Shown here in pieces: positions 1-11,542 of a DNA stretch of 64,000 nucleotides. The position numbers were made by a program, and so were the translations under genes. How positions within the stretch are numbered: the stretch's first letter is position 1; every line of letters starts with the position of its first letter. The notes under the pieces were generated by a model. That model saw only the letters and a program-made list of their open reading frames with translations. It made no database searches and was not told the DNA's origin. The stretch comes from Camelus ferus (lineage: Eukaryota), in assembly GCF_009834535.1 (NCBI RefSeq), contig NC_045697.1:44642001-44706000 (forward strand), in the 5' to 3' direction.

Positions 1-80
1 TAGTTGTTTTGTTTGATATTGGATTCAAACAAGGTTCATAGATTACATTTCGTTGATATGCACCTTGGGTCCTGTATTTC

Positions 81-1439
81 CTTCTTTTTTGTTGTATATA
101 TATATTTTTATTAAAGTATAGTCAGTTTACAATGTTGTGTCAATTTCTGGTGTACAGCGTAATGCTTCAGTCATATGTGAACATACATATATTCGTCCTC
201 ATATTCTTTTTCACCGCAAGTTACTACAAAATATTGAATATAGTTCTCTATGCTATACAGTGTAAACTTGTTGCTTATCTATTTTATATATAGTAGTTAG
301 TATCTGCAAATCTTGAACTCCCAATTTATCCCTTCCTACCCACCTCCCCCTTGTAACCATAAGTTTGTTTTCTATGTTTGTGAGTCTGTTTCTGGTTTGT
401 AAATAAGTTTGTCTTTTTTTTTTTTTAGACTTCACATATAAGTGGTATCATATGGTATTTTTCTTTCTCTTTCTGGCTTATTTCACTTAGAATGACAGTC
501 TCCAGGTCCATCCATGTTGCTGCAAATGGCATCATTTTATTATTTTTTGTGGCTGAATAGTATTCCATTGTATAAATATACCACAGCTTCTTTACCCAGT
601 CATCTGTGGATGGACATTTAGGTTCTTTCAATGTCTTGGCTATTTTAACTAATGCTGCTATGAACATTGGGGTGCATGTATCTTCTCGAATTATGGTTCC
701 CTCTGGATATATGCCTGGGAGTGGGATTGCTGGATCATATGGTAAGTCTATTTTCAGTTTTTTGAGGACTCTTCATACTATTTTCCATAATGGCTGCACC
801 AAACTACATTCCCATCAACAGTGTAAGAGGGTTCCTTTTTCTTCACAGCCTCTCCAGCACTTATCATTTGTGGACTTTTGAATGATGACCATTCTGACTG
901 TTGTGAGGTGACACCTCTTTGTAGTTTTGATTTGCATTTCTCTGATAATTAGCAATTTGAGCATTTTTTCATGTGCCTATTGGCCATTTGTATGTCTTCA
1001 TTGGAAAAGTGTTTGTTTAGTTCTTCTGCCCATTTTTGGATTGGGTTGTTTGGTTTTTTTATTATTAAGTTGTGTGAGCTGTTTATATATTCTGGAAATT
1101 AAGCCCTTGTCAGTCTCATCTTTTGCAAACTTTTTCTCCCATTCTGTAGGTTGTCTTTTTGTTTTGCTTATGGTTTTAAGTTTAATTCAGTCCCATTTGT
1201 TTATTTTTGCTTTTATTTCTATTGCCTGGGTAGACTGCCGTAGAACATTGCTGAGATTTATGTCAGATAATATTTTGCCTATGTTTTCTTCTAGGAGGTT
1301 TATAGTGTCTCGTCTTATGTTTAAGTCTTTAAGCCATTTTGAGTTTATTTTTGTGTATGATGTGAGGGAGTGTTCTAACTTCATTGATTTATATGCAGCT
1401 GTCCAGTTCTCCCAACACCATCTGCTGAAGAGACTGTCT
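81..1439 (-). mobile_element. L1 3' portion (ORF2 C-terminus, 3' UTR, degenerate tail), fused to U6
   Basis: Minus-strand ORF2p-like peptides ([39 protein letters not shown]), AATAAA on the minus strand at 107-112, and TSD ggtcctgtatttc at 68-80 and 1552-1564 shared with the U6 copy. Confidence 0.95.
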
Positions 1440-1550
1440 AAAAATACAGAAGGAACACTTCATAAATCTGCATATCATCCTTGTGCAGGGACCATGCTAA
1501 TCTTTTCTGTATCATTCCAATTTTAGTATATATGCTGCTGGAGCAAGCAC
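1440..1550 (-). pseudogene. RNU6: Full-length U6 snRNA retropseudogene (5' part of a U6-L1 chimera)
   Basis: Reverse complement reads GTGCTTGCTCCAGCAGCATATATACTAAAATTGGAATGATACAGAAAAGATTAGCATGGTCCCTGCACAAGGATGATATGCAGATTTATGAAGTGTTCC...TATTTTT, collinear with U6 and showing CpG decay. Confidence 0.97.
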
Positions 1551-1581
1551 AGGTCCTGTATTTCTTGACATATACCTAGAA

Positions 1582-1811
1582 CTGAGCTTCCTAATCTCAG
1601 CACTATTAACAATTTGGACTGGATAATTATTTGACTTGCGGAACTGTCCTGAGTATTGCAGGATATTTAGCAGCATCCCTGGTCTCTACCTACTATATGC
1701 CAATAGCACCAGACCCCACCCTCCCTTTCCCCACCATGTGAAAACCAAATATGTCTCTAACCATTGGCTAATGTCTCCTAGGGGCAAAACTTCCCTAGTT
1801 GGGAATAATTG
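1582..1811 (-). mobile_element. MER20 (hAT-Charlie) DNA transposon
   Basis: Motifs tttagcagcatccctggtctctacc, aaccaaatatgtctct and ggggcaaaa match the reverse complement of MER20. Confidence 0.85.
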
Positions 1812-2149
1812 ATCTAGCATTCATGTTTAATATTTAAAATATTTCACAGTTGATATTGTATATTTTTTACTGGGTCATCTCAAAAAGAACAAAACAATTG
1901 GTTTTTAATTAGTGGGTCCAAGTATTGTCTACCTGATTCGTCCACGCTATAGTTTCTCATTTATCTTTCACCCAAGGATTTTAATAGTCATTGATGATCA
2001 TCACCTATTTCCATTGTTTTATTAGGGATTACAGAATGGGGATTTTGTAATTTTATCATTATTTCTACATTTCCTAGCTGGGACTCTTCCATAAAGAAGA
2101 ATGTTTCCTCATCAATGATTTGATTACACTGTAAATGAAGAAACACTGG

Positions 2150-2848
2150 TTCCTGTACTCATACCACTCCAAGGTTCAGCCTCACAAGACTGCTCTCGTT
2201 TCACATGGCAGTTTTAAGTCCCAGGTTGTCACTTGTACTTCTGGCCAACTGGCTTTAAATTGGGGGTCCCATGATCCTCTACTTGGGTTCATTCTTGAAC
2301 CTAGAGTGGCTCACAGAATTCAGGGAAACACTACTTTCTAGATCACCAGTTTATTATAAAGGTACAACCCAGGAACAGCCAAATGGAAGAGACGCATAGG
2401 GCAAGGTTTGGGGAAGGGCCCAGAGCTCCCATGCACTCCTTGGGCATGCCACCTTCCCGGCATGTCTATGTGCTCACCTACCTGGGAGCTCTCCAACCAC
2501 ATTATTCAGGGTTTTTATGGAGGTACTGTCACATAGGTGTGATTGATTAAATCCTTGACCATTCATGATTGAACTCAATCCCCTGCCCCTCTCCCTTTGG
2601 AGTTTGGGGGTTGGAGCTGAAAGTTTCAACCCTCCAATCAGGTGGTTGGTTCCTACCAGCTCCTACCCTCCAAGTTACATCATTAGTTCCTCATTACTGT
2701 AGGTGTGGTTGAAGGGGGTTTATTATGAATAACAAAATACACTCTTTTCACACTGTCATTCAGGAAGTTACAAGGGTTTCAGGAGCTCTGTGCCAGGAAC
2801 TGGTGATGAAGACCAAATGTGTATTTCTCATTATATCACAGTATTGCA
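2150..2848 (-). mobile_element. MER21-family ERVL LTR
   Basis: Terminus gaagaccaaatgtgtatttctcattatatcacagtattgca and internal gtggctcacagaattcagggaaaca and aggaacagccaaatggaagagacgcatagggcaagg are typical of MER21. Confidence 0.75.
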
Positions 2849-3026
2849 GTGTACTCCCTAGTCTTTGAGCACAGATCCCTCACAGTAAAATGATCATGAA
2901 AGTCAAAAGATCCTGGCACATTACTAGAATCCATTCAGTCATTAATAATTATCCTGTCTATCAACATATTGTATGGAAATGTCTCCGAGGGAGAGCCCAC
3001 TCAGGTTTACAGTCTTTTATTCAACC

Positions 3027-3112
3027 TTTTTTTTTTTTTTAACATTTTTTATTGATTTATAATCATTTTACAATGTTGTGTCAAATTCCAGTGTTCAGCA
3101 CAATTTTTCAAT
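3027..3112 (-). mobile_element. Very short young L1 3' end with poly(A)
   Basis: T14 run followed by aacattttttattgatttataatc...; differs by only 2 nt from the reverse complement of 15850-15934 outside the tail. Confidence 0.9.
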
Positions 3113-3199
3113 CTTGTCAGGTTCTAATACAGGAGTGGTCTCAGCAATATATGTTCTTCATCGTTTTTTTCACTTAACAATGTATCTAAGAGAATATAA

Positions 3200-3406
3200 C
3201 AGGGATTACCCACAGCAGCCCTATGGACCAGACAGTTTTTGTTTTGGGAGACTGTCCTGTGCACTATAGGATGTTTAGTAGCATCCCTTGCCTCTACTCA
3301 TTAGATGCCAGTAGCACTTCTGTCTGCCATTAGACAATCAAAAATGTCTCCAGACGTTGCCAGATATCCTTTGGGAGGCAAAATCATCCCTAGCTGAGAA
3401 CCAGTG
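3200..3406 (-). mobile_element. MER20 (hAT-Charlie)
   Basis: ctgtcctgtgcactataggatgtttagtagcatccct...aaaatgtctccagacgttgccaga...ggcaaaatca...gagaaccagtg. Confidence 0.85.
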
Positions 3407-3419
3407 CTTTATAACAATA

Positions 3420-4640
3420 TTGAGAGCTTTCTCCTTTCTTTTTACAGCAGCATTGTACTCCATTTTGTGAATGTACTGTAGTTTATTCAAGCAGTTCCCT
3501 ATAGTTGGGCATTTAGGTTGTTTCTAGTCTTTCACTATTACAAAAAAAGGCTGCAGTAAATGGTGTCATGCCTACATCATTTTACGTTTTTGCTAGTGTA
3601 TTTTTGGTAGGATTCCTAGATGTAAGATTGCTGGGTCATTGGGTAAGTGTGTATGTAATCTATCCAGATATTGCCCCAATTCCCCTCCCTGGGTATTGCT
3701 CTATTGTTATTTCCTACAGCAAGGTATGGGAGAGCATGTTTTCCCATAACCTCATTGTAGAGCATATTGTTAAATATTTGGAATTTTGTCCATATATTTA
3801 AGAGGCATTTGCTTTTCTTTTTCTGTGAATTATATCATTAACTCATTTTCTATAGGTATTTCCAGCCTCTAGAATCATTAAGACCTCATTCTATATTAGA
3901 GATGTTAATACTTTATGAGTGATATATTGCAAACCTCCCTCCCTCAGTTTGTGTTTGTCTTTTGATTTTGCATATGTTATTTTTTTTAATACAAAAGTTG
4001 CTATTTTTATGTGGTTACGTTTATCCCTTTTCCTTTATTGCTTCTGGATTTTTATATTGAAGAAAATTTTCCCCATCTCCAGGTTATAAAAGAATGACCC
4101 ATGTTTTCTCCTAATACGTGTGTATGTGTGTGTGTATGTATGTATTAAACATTTAGATCCATTTAATTTCTATTCTTGCATATAGTGTGAGAAACAGTTT
4201 TATTTATTTTTCTGTATAACTTAACAGCTTTCCATCAGACAGTTCATTTTTTTCTGCACTGATTTGAGATTCTGCTTTTGTAACATCCTAAACTTCCATG
4301 TTCTGTTTGGTGTGTTTTTGGATTTTCATTTCTTTTCCTGCTGCTCTATCAACTCATGTGCCTACACTGAAGTCTTTATGTTTTAATATCTACTAAGGCT
4401 GTCCTATCTGCTCCACTGTTTTGTTTTGTTTTTAGTGTTTCCTTGGATGTTCTTGCTTGTTTGTTCTTTCAAATAAAATAAATAATCAACTTATCTAGCT
4501 CTGGGGAAAGAACAATATATATTTTTATTGAGATTATGTTAAAGTCACTTAGGGAGAACTGGCATTTTCATGATGCTAAATTTTCCTATTCAGAAATACA
4601 ATGTCTCTCCACGTATTCAAGCCCATCTCTGTGTCTTTCA
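3420..4640 (-). mobile_element. Ancient L1 (L1M-type) fragments
   Basis: Degenerate L1 3'-region motifs (gggcatttaggttgtttctagtcttt, ggattcctaga...attgctgggtca, ttagggagaactggcatttt). Confidence 0.7.
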
Positions 4641-4823
4641 GGAGTATTTTATAGTCTATAACTTTGACTATCATATCATGTAGAGGGTAAGGCTGTCCTT
4701 CTCCCATTCCCACACAACTTCCAAGCACATACATGTTTTGAAATGCATCCTCTCACTTTTGCAGCCGTGATCATCTAAACCCGATTCTACCTTTCTGAAA
4801 ATTGGGGATGTAGGGAGAAGAAT

Positions 4824-5025
4824 TGCATGTGGAGTGGTAAGAGTATGGGCTTTGGAGCTGGGTTGCCTTTGTTTTGAATTTGGCATCATCACTTATCAGC
4901 TCTGTGAGCATGGGCAAGTCTGCATTGGCAAAAGAGATTTTCACCTTTTATAGTAATAAGGGCCGAAAGAGAGAACATATGTAAAGCAGCTAACACAGTG
5001 CCTGGCATGAGTAAGAGCTCATTTT
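4824..5025 (+). mobile_element. MIR SINE
   Basis: gtggtaagagtatgggctttggag...agctctgtgagcatgggcaagtc...tatgtaaagcagctaacacagtgcctggca. Confidence 0.8.
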
Positions 5026-6530
5026 CAATGGTAGCTGATCCTTGTTGGCACTAAATCATCATCCCAGTAACTCTCCTGGTCATGAACAATTTCCAGTATG
5101 GGACTGAAAACCGTATCATTGGCCTTCCATGTGTTTGAAATAGGGGCTTCGTACACTGCATATGTATTTTAAAAAATAAATCCATCCATCTTCTGTCTAT
5201 GTTAATTTCGTTGGTGCCTGGCAATACCATGCTGTTTTGAGGTTTTCCTTTTTTTCCCATAAGTTGGCATTTTTTTCAGACTTTCTATTTTGTCTCCTTT
5301 TTTACAAAATGCTGGAATAACCTGCAAGCTGTGGCAGAGGCTTCGCTCATCTGAACAGTGATGGATCATCTTTTCAGGAAGCCATCCATCCACAGCAGCT
5401 AACAAGAATATGGAGTGGGGCAGAAGTGGGAGGGGGTCTGAAGGTCACTTTACTTGGTTCACTGAGTACTTGCTGGGAACCCTTTTGATTGATGTTGTGG
5501 AAATTTCTGCTGACTGCATCACTATTTCAGGACAGGGTTGACTTGCATTCCTCGAGCTGATGTGTGATTTTAGTTGAGAATCAGCATTTTAAACTTTTGA
5601 AGAGCGACATTAATTGAGCAGCCACTGTCTACTGAGCACTATGCAACAGAGTTAAAAGTAAGTAGAAGAATCAGTGATGGGCTGTTCCAGACTAGGGGGT
5701 GGGGTTAGGCATGGCCCTGCTCTAGGGACATGGACCCATCTGGCTGATCGGTTTATAGACTGGAGGAAGGTGGGCTGATGAGTGCTCAGTGACCATGGTG
5801 GGTGCGGGGCTGGAAGTGCTGGTTCACCAGGGGAGAGTCATCACAGGGAAACCAAGGTCAGGAGCATGAATGAAGTTCGGATCCTTTACTGGAGAACAGG
5901 GAATGAAGTTTGGTGCTGTGGCCAACAGAGCAAGAAGAGGCAGTCTGCAGTCTGAAAAGCTTGGCTGACGCTGTGGAAACTGAGCAGATGGTGGGACAGG
6001 AGTTAGGCCAAGCTCAGAGGCAGGTAGCCAGTGTTTCTCTTGGGAGTGGGTTGTGATGACAGGGTGTGAGGTGCAGTGCCACCTTTTTCAAAGGGCAGCA
6101 CAGGACTTCCTTGGAGTCAAGCCATTAAGGAGCCGTCCCTCATCTTAAAGGGACCCTGTCATCAGGGTCAAAGAGCATCGGAGGGTGGGGCGAACAGTCT
6201 CCATACACTCTAAGTGAGCCTGCTGTACACGGCAGGGACAGAACCGTAATAATAACACTAGCACCTTCATCTATTTAGTGCTGTTAATACTTTAGAGTGC
6301 TTTCTCCTCTTCTACTGCACATACATAAAGTGGTACCCTTCCCCTGTGAAGATAATACCAATGGCTTCCCATTAACTCTGTTCTTGGCGTTGTTTTTCCA
6401 GAAGTGGTTATGGGCTTGAATTTATTAAACCACACTTCCTGGTCTCCTGGTAACCTACAGGAGTTAGAGGTGTCAGAGTGAAACTATGTATTGTCTGTGT
6501 ACTCACACTTCTGTGAATCTGCATACACAC

Positions 6531-6920
6531 GTTCATTTATTCAACTAAAATTTCTTTTTTTTAATATTTCTTTTTTTTATTAAAATGTAGTCAATTTACA
6601 ATGTTAGTTTCAGGTATACAGCAAAGTGATTCAGTTATACATATACATACATACATAGATATATATATGTATATTTAGTTTCTTTTCCATTATAGCTCAT
6701 TACAAGAAATTGAATTAAGTTCCTTGTGCTACACAGTAGGTCCTTTGTTTATCTATTTTATATATAGTAATGTGAATCTGTTAATCCCAAACTCCTAATC
6801 TATCCCTCCCTCTACCCTGTCCCACCTGGTAACCCCAGTTTGTTTTCTTTGTCCTTGTCAACTAAAAATTCTATTGTGCACCTACTAGGTAGCAGGTAGT
6901 GCATTGGTGCTATAGATTTA
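6531..6920 (-). mobile_element. L2 3' end, interrupted by an L1 insertion
   Basis: ttcatttattcaac|...tattgtgcacctactaggtagcagg...ggtgct resembles the L2 3' terminus. Confidence 0.6.
6555..6857 (-). mobile_element. 5'-truncated L1 3' UTR
   Basis: T-rich tail then atttacaatgttagtttcaggtatacagcaaagtgattcag; TSD tcaactaaaa(t/a)ttc at 6541-6554 and 6858-6871. Confidence 0.9.
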
Positions 6921-6984
6921 CAACTATCTCTCTGTAAGAGATATGTCTCTGCGTTTATTATCCTAAAATATCACCTCTTATCCA

Positions 6985-7190
6985 GAGGTCAGACTGATGG
7001 CAGCTTCAACCACTCAGAACATAAATTGGAAAAAGGCAATGAGAGAGGCTTGAAGGTGCAAACTGCTGAAGACTTCATTCCGCAGGAGAGACAGAACTGC
7101 CTCAGGCAGCTGCTCAGAACAACTGTGTGTATAACACGGCAGATGATCGCAGCAGGACTCACTGACCGCAGGAGAAATGATAGCTGACAG
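6985..7190 (+). mobile_element. Possible RTE-X/L4-type LINE 3' remnant
   Basis: agagacagaactgcctcaggcagctgctcagaaca reads RDRTA(W)RQLLRT after a 1-nt correction, resembling the DR..WR C-terminal motif of RTE-clade reverse transcriptases. Confidence 0.4.
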
Positions 7191-7460
7191 CAGAGGGAGG
7201 AGACAGACGAACTCTGGAGAGTGGAATAATTTCTTTTGACTTCTCCCTCATTCTTCAGTACAATGATCTGAGCCATTTAGTTTAGGAGGAAACAACCACA
7301 AGAGCTACAGTAAACTTTGAGAGCAGTACTGAAGTAAATAGCACCATAATTGATGTTCATAATGCTACTAGCTCAAATTTGCATAGCTTTTCTTTTTTCT
7401 TAAACACAATTCATCACATTATGTGTAACATTACATTAAGTCAACACAAAATCCCTATGG

Positions 7461-7726
7461 CAGCACATCAGAATCTTTATATGTGTAACTGAATCACTTT
7501 GCTGTCACCTGAAACTAACACAGTATTGTAAATCAACTATACTTCAATAATAGTAATAATAAAAGAATCACTTAGAACGTTTGTTAAAACGCAGATTGCT
7601 GGACCCCACTTGTAGAGTTTCTGATTCAGTAGATCTGTGGTGGGGCCTCCAGATCTGCCTTCTGAACAAGTTCCCGTGTGCTGCTGCTGCTGCTGCTGGC
7701 TCAGGGCCATACTTCGAGAACCACTG
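7461..7726 (-). mobile_element. MER5A (hAT-Charlie), inserted in a MIR and interrupted by a short L1
   Basis: ttgttaaaacgcagattgctggacccc...agagtttctgattcagtag...gagaaccactg; 8-bp TSD ccctatgg (7453-7460) and ccctatag (7727-7734). Confidence 0.9.
7476..7563 (+). mobile_element. 88-bp L1 3' end
   Basis: taactgaatcactttgctgtcacctgaaactaacacagtattgtaaatcaactatacttcaataa with AAT-rich tail; TSD agaatc at 7470-7475 and 7564-7569. Confidence 0.88.
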
Positions 7727-7734
7727 CCCTATAG

Positions 7735-7860
7735 GGTATGTTTGGCTTCTTGATTACTACTGCCTGTATTTTACATGGGAGGAAAGGGGATTCTGAGAAC
7801 TTGGATGACCTAACTAAGGTCACACAGGTGGCAGCTTTCAGACTCAAATTCGGATCTTCT
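7735..7860 (-). mobile_element. MIR fragment
   Basis: tattttacatgggaggaaa...gacctaactaaggtcacacag core motif. Confidence 0.6.
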
Positions 7861-7986
7861 GAGAATAAGCTATGATGCTTTTTCAACTACATGCTGTTGT
7901 TTCAGATTTATCCCTTAAGCATTAAGGGAGGGTTTTATACATTTTAGATTTTCATCAAAATACTTGCAATTGAAAACATTGCCATT

Positions 7987-8805
7987 CTGGCTATTATCAA
8001 AAAAGACAAGAGATGACAAATGGTGAGGATATGGAGAAGAGGGAACTCTTGTACACTCTTGGGGGGAATGTAAATTGGTGTAGCCACTATGGAAGACAGT
8101 ATGGAGATTCTTCAAAAAATTAAAAATAGAACTATCATATGATCAGCACTCTAATTTCTGTGTATATAGCCAAAGGAAATAAAATCACTATCTTGAAGAG
8201 ATTTGCACCCTCCTGTTCATTGCAGCATTATACATAATAGCCAAGATATGGAAACAACCTAAGCATCCATTGATGGATGAATGGATAAAGAAAATGTTGT
8301 CTATATATATAATATTATTCAGCCATAAGAAGAAGGAAATCCTGTCATTTGTGACAACATGAAATCTTGAGTGCATTATGCTAAGTGAAATAATCAGGCA
8401 GAGAAAGACAAACACTATATGATCTCACTTATATGTGGAATCTAAAAAAGCAAAACATAGAAACAGTAGATTGCTGATTGTCAGGGGCTTGGAGGTTGGA
8501 GAAATGGTGAGACATTGTTCAAAGGGTATAAACTTCAAGTTATAAGATGAATATTTTCTGGGGATCTAATGTGTAGAATGGTTTCTACAGTTAACAATAC
8601 TGTATTGTTTCCTTTAAAGTTGCTAAGAGAGGAGATCTTAAATGATCTCACCACACATACATAAAGGTAACTGTGAAGATGGATGTATTCACTAACCTTA
8701 CTGTAATAATCTTTTCAAGTGTATACATATATCAGATCATCACATATCCACCTTAAACTTAGACAATATTACATGTGAATTATATCTCAATAAAACTGGA
8801 AAAAA
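7987..8805 (+). mobile_element. L1MA9-like 3' end
   Basis: ORF2 end and 3' UTR finishing tatatctcaataaaactggaaaaaa; TSD attgccatt at 7978-7986 and 8806-8814. Confidence 0.88.
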
Positions 8806-8914
8806 ATTGCCATTTTAGTTTATTAGAACATTTGTGTATAAGGCATATATTTGTCCTTCAGAATGCTGGATGGGTTTTTTGGTATGTCCAGCCCCTATAA
8901 AATTTAGAACATTT

Positions 8915-9007
8915 ATTAAAAAAATTTTTTTTAATTGAAGTGTAGTTGATTTACAATATTAGTTTCAGGTGTACAGCAAAGTGATTCTGCCATACATATT
9001 ATAACAC
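8915..9007 (-). mobile_element. 93-bp L1 3' end
   Basis: attgaagtgtagttgatttacaatattagtttcaggtgtacagcaaagtgattc; TSD ttagaacattt at 8904-8914 and 9008-9018. Confidence 0.9.
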
Positions 9008-9574
9008 TTAGAACATTTGAATTAAGAGCTAAGAAATTAAGATGAGTGGATGGAAAATGAGCACAAGGAGGAAGAGGGTTTTGGATTGATTTGGTTTTGG
9101 ATTTGGGGCAAGTGAAAATCCTTTGGAAAAGAGCCATGAAAGAGAGAAAACATGAGATTTAGGAATGAGATCAGAAGGAAACTAGTATTTTAGGGGCATT
9201 TCCCTGCACAGATAATTCACCTAGAATGCTGTAATCAAATATTGACGTTGACTTCATGTTGCTCTTTTCTAGGTGGAACCTGCAGTGGTCTGTTCCAATG
9301 GAACAACCATTCTATTTCCAGGGTTGGGATGTCTGAGAAAAGTCTATTCTGTTTATGTTTCTGTGCCCATTTTCCTTCTCTATAAGTGATTTCCTCTCAT
9401 CCTTTGCCCCAAGTCCTTTCTGAATCAATTAAAGACTTTTGATGAAGCCTCCTAAGAAGGAATCTCTAAAGGCATCTTAATTAAAATTCTGGATCACATC
9501 ATCCACGTGGTTTCTTTTCAAGACCTCAGTGATAGTTACCTCTAGTGCAAAGAAATGACATTATTCTCTCAGGC

Positions 9575-9970
9575 TGTGTAAGCAGAATTCAGTCAGGAAA
9601 ACAAAACCACTGTAGGTATTTTAAACATGAAGAGATTTAATACAGGGATTGAGGTGTTTACAAAACCATGAGAAAGGCTGGAAGAGTGAAAATCCTGGAG
9701 ACTGCCACTAGCTTCAGGCTCACTGCTACAAAGAAGTGAAGAGTTGCTGCCACCAGGAATCAGGACCCTGCAGGGAATGTGGCTGGTGGCCTCACAGCTT
9801 CCCCCATCTCTGGTGGCTGAAATGACAAGGAAATAAAGAGACCTGTTTTAAAGACACGTCTGGGAAACTCACATATGCTAGTGTTGTCAGAAGAAGAAAA
9901 AATGTCTGCACCCTCCCTTCCACCTCCAAAATCTTGCAGGAGTGCAGTCTCATTGTTGGACCCTAAAAAT
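9575..9970 (-). mobile_element. Old MLT1-type (ERVL-MaLR) LTR
   Basis: ttcagtcaggaaaacaaaaccactgtaggtattttaaaca...gatttaatacaggg and cctcccttccacctccaaaatcttgcaggagtgc...tctcattg. Confidence 0.55.
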
Positions 9971-11034
9971 GAGGTTGCACTCCTGAAAAGTTACTTGTTT
10001 GACTTGTTAAACAGGATCCACTTGGAAAGTAAAGTTTGTGTTACTATACAGATGTGGCTGTGGCCTCTTCCTTAAATTGCCAACTACGGGTGGATACATG
10101 GAGTCTTGCTGGAAGTGAAGGTCTGCACATTACCAAACCTCTGAGCCGTGAAGTCTTACTGCAGTTGTAATTTCTGGATTTGATCTTCCTTGACAGATAT
10201 TAATGGCTTATTATTGATTATATTTTTAATTATAGTAAAATCTTAATTTATAGGAATCTTGCTGAAGTATAAACCTCGATTAATTAGATTTTTTTCTGTC
10301 TGCATATCTTATTTGGAAAGAAGTTTTACCACTAGAAAATCAACTCAATAAAGAGTATTCATTTTTATCCAAAAATTAAACAATATATCTAATTATTACA
10401 TATCTATTGCATAAAAATGGGGAAAATTAATATTTTAAAATATATTTATATAAGTAAATATATATTTGTTTAACCTGTCTCCTTTTATTAGAATTCTAGT
10501 TTGTTATACTTTTTATTTATTTTTTTATTTACCAATGTTGATATAAATACTCTGATATACACTTCCTACAATAAACAATACCCTTTAATACATTCCTAGA
10601 AGTGGATTTTTTTGTGCCTAAAATGATAGACTATTAGAAGATTTTTAAAGCTTCTAGAAAGATTAGGACACTTTAAATCTCTTGCCAGCTGTGAATGAGT
10701 TCCCAGTTCTCTAAATCCTCACCAACATTGGGTCCTCCCATATTTTAAAAAGCCTTGCTAACCTGGTAGTTAAAAATAGTACTTAATTGTCTTAATTTGA
10801 CTTTCCTTGAGTACTAGAGAGGTTGAACATTTGTTTGTATGTTATTGTCTATTTATATTTATTTTCCTAATGAAATCATACTTTCAGCTTATTTTTTCTA
10901 TTGGGTTGTTAGACTTCTTTAAAAGTTGACTTAGTAGCTTTTTATGTATTAAGAGTAGAATCACTTATCTCTTAAACATGCCAGAAATATTTTTTTCAAA
11001 TTGCTGTATGCCTTTTCGCATTTCACATTTTATT

Positions 11035-11209
11035 GAACTACAGTCAGTTTACAATGTGTCAATTTCTGGTGAATAGCATAATATTTCACTCATATATTTG
11101 TTTTCATAGTCTTTTTCATTATAGGTTACTGCAAGATATTAAATATAGTTCCCTGTGCTATATAGTATAAACTTGTTGTTTATCTATTTTGTATATAGTA
11201 GTTAGTATA
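11035..11209 (-). mobile_element. 175-bp L1 3' end with no visible poly(A) tail
   Basis: cagtcagtttacaatgtgtcaatttctggtg...atagttccctgtgctata; direct repeat acattttatt at 11025-11034 and 11210-11219. Confidence 0.88.
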
Positions 11210-11420
11210 ACATTTTATTTCCTAAAGAGTTTACAATTTTTATTTCATCAAAATTTCAATCCTTTAAAAAATGGTATCTGCTCTTGAGGCCATGCTTAGT
11301 CTTTCATCCAATATTATGTAAATATTCAAGGATATATTTCCATGCTTTCAGAGTTTGACTTTAAAATTTTATACTTTAATTCCATTAAGAATTTCTTTCA
11401 TTATCATGGAGGGATGAAGT

Positions 11421-11542
11421 CAGGGATGATGTTCATAATATTTATGCATCAGTATGCCCTGGGTGCTGACCAATCAGAATGAATACCAGCCATGAAAACT
11501 GGGTATGGTCAGATTGGTAGTTTTTGTTGACTAGCAGCCCTG
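11421..11542. mobile_element. 122-bp hAT-like MITE
   Basis: Terminal inverted repeats cagggatg...cagccctg; degenerate 8-bp TSD gatgaagt/aatgaaat (6 of 8 match). Confidence 0.5.

Noticed and set aside
927..1526. 199-aa + strand ORF
   Set aside because: It is the antisense reading of L1 ORF2 plus U6, not a gene.
5690..6190. Possible ancient Gypsy-like LTR remnants (also near 32250-32620 and 58740-59050)
   Set aside because: Only a compositional impression, with no termini or TSD that I can verify without a Dfam search.
9273..9325. Exon candidate after ttgctcttttctag
   Set aside because: The acceptor is plausible but the donor is weak (gttggg) and the peptide is unrecognisable.
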